This document shows positions 61,914-64,000 of a stretch of 64,000 bases of DNA, piece after piece. The position numbers and the translations under genes are program-made. Within the stretch, counting starts at the first letter, position 1. Each line of letters opens with the position of its first letter. Under the pieces are notes generated by a model. The model did no database searches. It worked only from the letters and a program-made list of their open reading frames with translations, and had not been told where the DNA came from. This stretch comes from Myxococcota bacterium. GTDB lineage: Bacteria > Myxococcota_A > UBA9160 > SMWR01. The stretch lies in assembly GCA_036560145.1 (NCBI GenBank), contig DATBRV010000009.1, forward strand, positions 16,189 to 80,188, written 5' to 3'.

Positions 61914-64000
61914 ATGCTGCGCAGCACCGCCCGCCTGCTCGGTCTCGCGCTGATCGTCGGCTGCGGCGGCGATCAATCGGTCGGCGTGATCGAGGGCGAG
62001 CGCCTCCCGGAGACCGTGCTCGAGCAGGAGCGCGGTGCGCAGCAGGCCGCGCGCCGCGAGATCGATCGCCGCGCCGGCGGCCTGCGCCCCGCGGTCGGCA
62101 AGCGCATCCTGTTCGGCGATCTCCACGTGCATACCACCTACTCGATCGACGCCTTCCTGATGGCGCTTCCGATCATGGCCGGCGAGGGCGCGCATCCTCC
62201 CGCGGACGCCTGCGACTTCGCGCGCTACTGCGCGCAGCTCGACTTCTTCTCGCTCAACGATCATTCCGAGGCGATCACGCCCGCCCACTGGAAGGAGACC
62301 AAGGAGAGCTTGCGCGAGTGCAACGAGCGCGCGGGCGACCCGAGCGATCCCGACCTGGTCGCCTTCGTCGGCTTCGAGTGGACCCAGGTGGGCCAGACGC
62401 CGGAGACCCACTACGGACACAAGAATGTGATGTACCCGGGGCTCGCCGAGGAGGAGCTCCCCAAGCGCCCGATCACCGCGCTCGAAGACGACGGCGATCT
62501 GAGGCTCTTCCAGGGGATCGACCGGATCGGCCGCGCGCGCCTGATCGATCCGCTCGGCTGGCGCGCCTACTCGGACTTCCTGTGGCTCGGTGATCAGCTC
62601 ACCGCGGTTCCGAACTGCCCGGCCGGCGTCGACACCCGCGAGCTGCCGGCGGATTGCCGCGAGAACGCCGCCACGCCGAAGGTGCTCTTCGAGAAGCTCG
62701 CGCAGTCGGGGCTCGAGACGCTCGTGATCCCGCACGGAACCACCTGGGGCTTCTACACGCCCCCGGGCACCAGCATGGACAAGGCGCTGGGCCGCGAGCA
62801 GCACGATCCCGAGCGGCAGCGCCTGATCGAGATCCACTCGGGCCACGGCAACTCCGAGGAGTACCGCTCCTGGCGCGAGTTCGAGGTGGCGGAGGACGGC
62901 TCGAAGATCTGCCCCGCCCCCACTCCGGACCATCTGCCCTGCTGCTGGCGGGCCGGCGAGATCATGCGCGAGCGCTGCGGCGATCTGGATCCCGCCGAGT
63001 GCGACGCCCGGGTCGAGGAGGCGAAGCGGATCGCGCTCGAATCCGGCGTCGCGTCGCACCTGCTCTTCCCCGACACCACGGGCGACGACTGGCTCGACTG
63101 TGGGCAGTGTCGGGACTGTTTCAAGCCCACGCTCGCGCTGCGGCCGCGGGAATCCGTGCAGTACACGATGGCGCTCTCGAACTTCGACGAGCCCGAGTCG
63201 GACGGCTCGCCGCTGCGCTTCCGCTACGGCTTCATCGCCTCCAGCGACAACCACAAGGCGCGGCCCGGCACCGGCTACAAGCAGTACCAGCGGCGCCGGA
63301 TGACGGAGGCGACCGGCCCGCGCTCCGAGTTCTACCGCAACGCGCTGGTCCGCAACCTGCGCACGATGCTGCCCGAGGATCTGGATCCCCGGCGGGCCTT
63401 CGCGCCGACGCCGGAGCTGGTGGGCCTGCTCACGCTCGACACCGAGCGGATCGCGAGCTTCCTCTACCCCGGCGGCCTGGTGGCGGTGCACTCCGAGGGG
63501 CGCACGCGCAAACAAATCTGGGACGCACTCGAGCGGCGCGAGGTCTACGGCACCAGCGGTCCGCGCATGCTGCTCTGGTTCGATCTGCTGAACGGGCCGG
63601 AGGGGCCGGTGCCGATGGGCGGCGGCGCCAGCCTCGCCTGGGCGCCGCGCTTCGAGGTGCGCGCGGTCGGCGCGCTCGAGCAGAAGCCCGGCTGCGCGGA
63701 GTTCGCCGAGCAGGCGCTCGGCGCGGATCGGCTCGACTATCTCTGCCGCGGCGAGTGCTACAACCCGAGCGACGTGCGCCATCCGGTGGTCGCGATCGAG
63801 GTGGTGCGGATCCGCCCGCAGCAAACCAAAGGCGAGCCGATCGATCCCCTGATCGAGGATCCCTGGCGGCGCTTCGAATGCCGCCCCGACCCGAACGGCT
63901 GCGTCGTCAGCTTCGAGGATCCCGAGTTCGTGGACGCCGGGCGCGACGTCGTCTACTACGTCCGAGCGCTCCAGGAGGAGACCCCGGCCGTGAACGGCGC
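61914..64000 (+). CDS. DUF3604 family lipoprotein, 5' partial (runs past the window end)
   Basis: Absent from the ORF track because it has no stop in the window. My own translation reads MLRSTARLLGLALIVGCGG...ILFGDLHVHTTYSIDAF...FEWTQVG...VVYYVRALQEETPAVNG. It is a paralog of the gene at 1287-3614. Confidence 0.8.
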   Translation, partial: MLRSTARLLGLALIVGCGGDQSVGVIEGERLPETVLEQERGAQQAARREIDRRAGGLRPAVGKRILFGDLHVHTTYSIDAFLMALPIMAGEGAHPPADACDFARYCAQLDFFSLNDHSEAITPAHWKETKESLRECNERAGDPSDPDLVAFVGFEWTQVGQTPETHYGHKNVMYPGLAEEELPKRPITALEDDGDLRLFQGIDRIGRARLIDPLGWRAYSDFLWLGDQLTAVPNCPAGVDTRELPADCRENAATPKVLFEKLAQSGLETLVIPHGTTWGFYTPPGTSMDKALGREQHDPERQRLIEIHSGHGNSEEYRSWREFEVAEDGSKICPAPTPDHLPCCWRAGEIMRERCGDLDPAECDARVEEAKRIALESGVASHLLFPDTTGDDWLDCGQCRDCFKPTLALRPRESVQYTMALSNFDEPESDGSPLRFRYGFIASSDNHKARPGTGYKQYQRRRMTEATGPRSEFYRNALVRNLRTMLPEDLDPRRAFAPTPELVGLLTLDTERIASFLYPGGLVAVHSEGRTRKQIWDALERREVYGTSGPRMLLWFDLLNGPEGPVPMGGGASLAWAPRFEVRAVGALEQKPGCAEFAEQALGADRLDYLCRGECYNPSDVRHPVVAIEVVRIRPQQTKGEPIDPLIEDPWRRFECRPDPNGCVVSFEDPEFVDAGRDVVYYVRALQEETPAVNG

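Noticed and set aside
63900-64000. An apparent frameshift near 63960 in the second DUF3604 gene.
   Set aside because: It was my own transcription slip. On re-reading, the sequence gives GRDVVYYVRALQEETPAVNG in one continuous frame from the ATG at 61914.

Overview
High-GC (roughly 70% by eye) chromosomal segment of a Gram-negative bacterium. The gene content looks myxobacterial or deltaproteobacterial, but that is inference. About 60 protein genes are packed tightly, and many pairs share ATGA, GTGA or TTGA stop/start overlaps, which implies operons. Most long alternative-frame ORFs in the track are high-GC shadow ORFs. Several listed ORFs carry spurious N-terminal extensions, which I trimmed to the first start that gives a recognisable protein. 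Gene content is mostly housekeeping and envelope functions: a TetR-EmrAB efflux operon, modABC, nadE, aconitase, apaH, mug and ridA. There is also a lipid-trafficking locus holding a serine-palmitoyltransferase-like enzyme with MlaA, MlaC/HpnM and HpnN. No rRNA, tRNA or CRISPR was found. The observations most worth a second look are these: (1) a 46-bp intergenic repeat family with about 12 copies at 7 loci, and a lone RAYT-like HUH Y1 transposase in a low-GC islet; (2) a 68-aa histone-fold (DUF1931/HBb-like) protein with a Lys-rich tail and strong expression signals; (3) an uncharacterised operon of a Cys4 mini-protein, an ACT protein, a DUF3326 protein and an ATP-grasp enzyme; (4) a 506-nt ORF-free, hairpin-dense region upstream of ridA; (5) an orphan Toprim-like DUF4435 protein; (6) two DUF3604 paralogs, one in an operon with PPIase-like and HupE-like genes; (7) an exported cyclohexadienyl-dehydratase/chorismate-mutase fusion. 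All family assignments come from reading the translations and from memory of those families. No database search was run.
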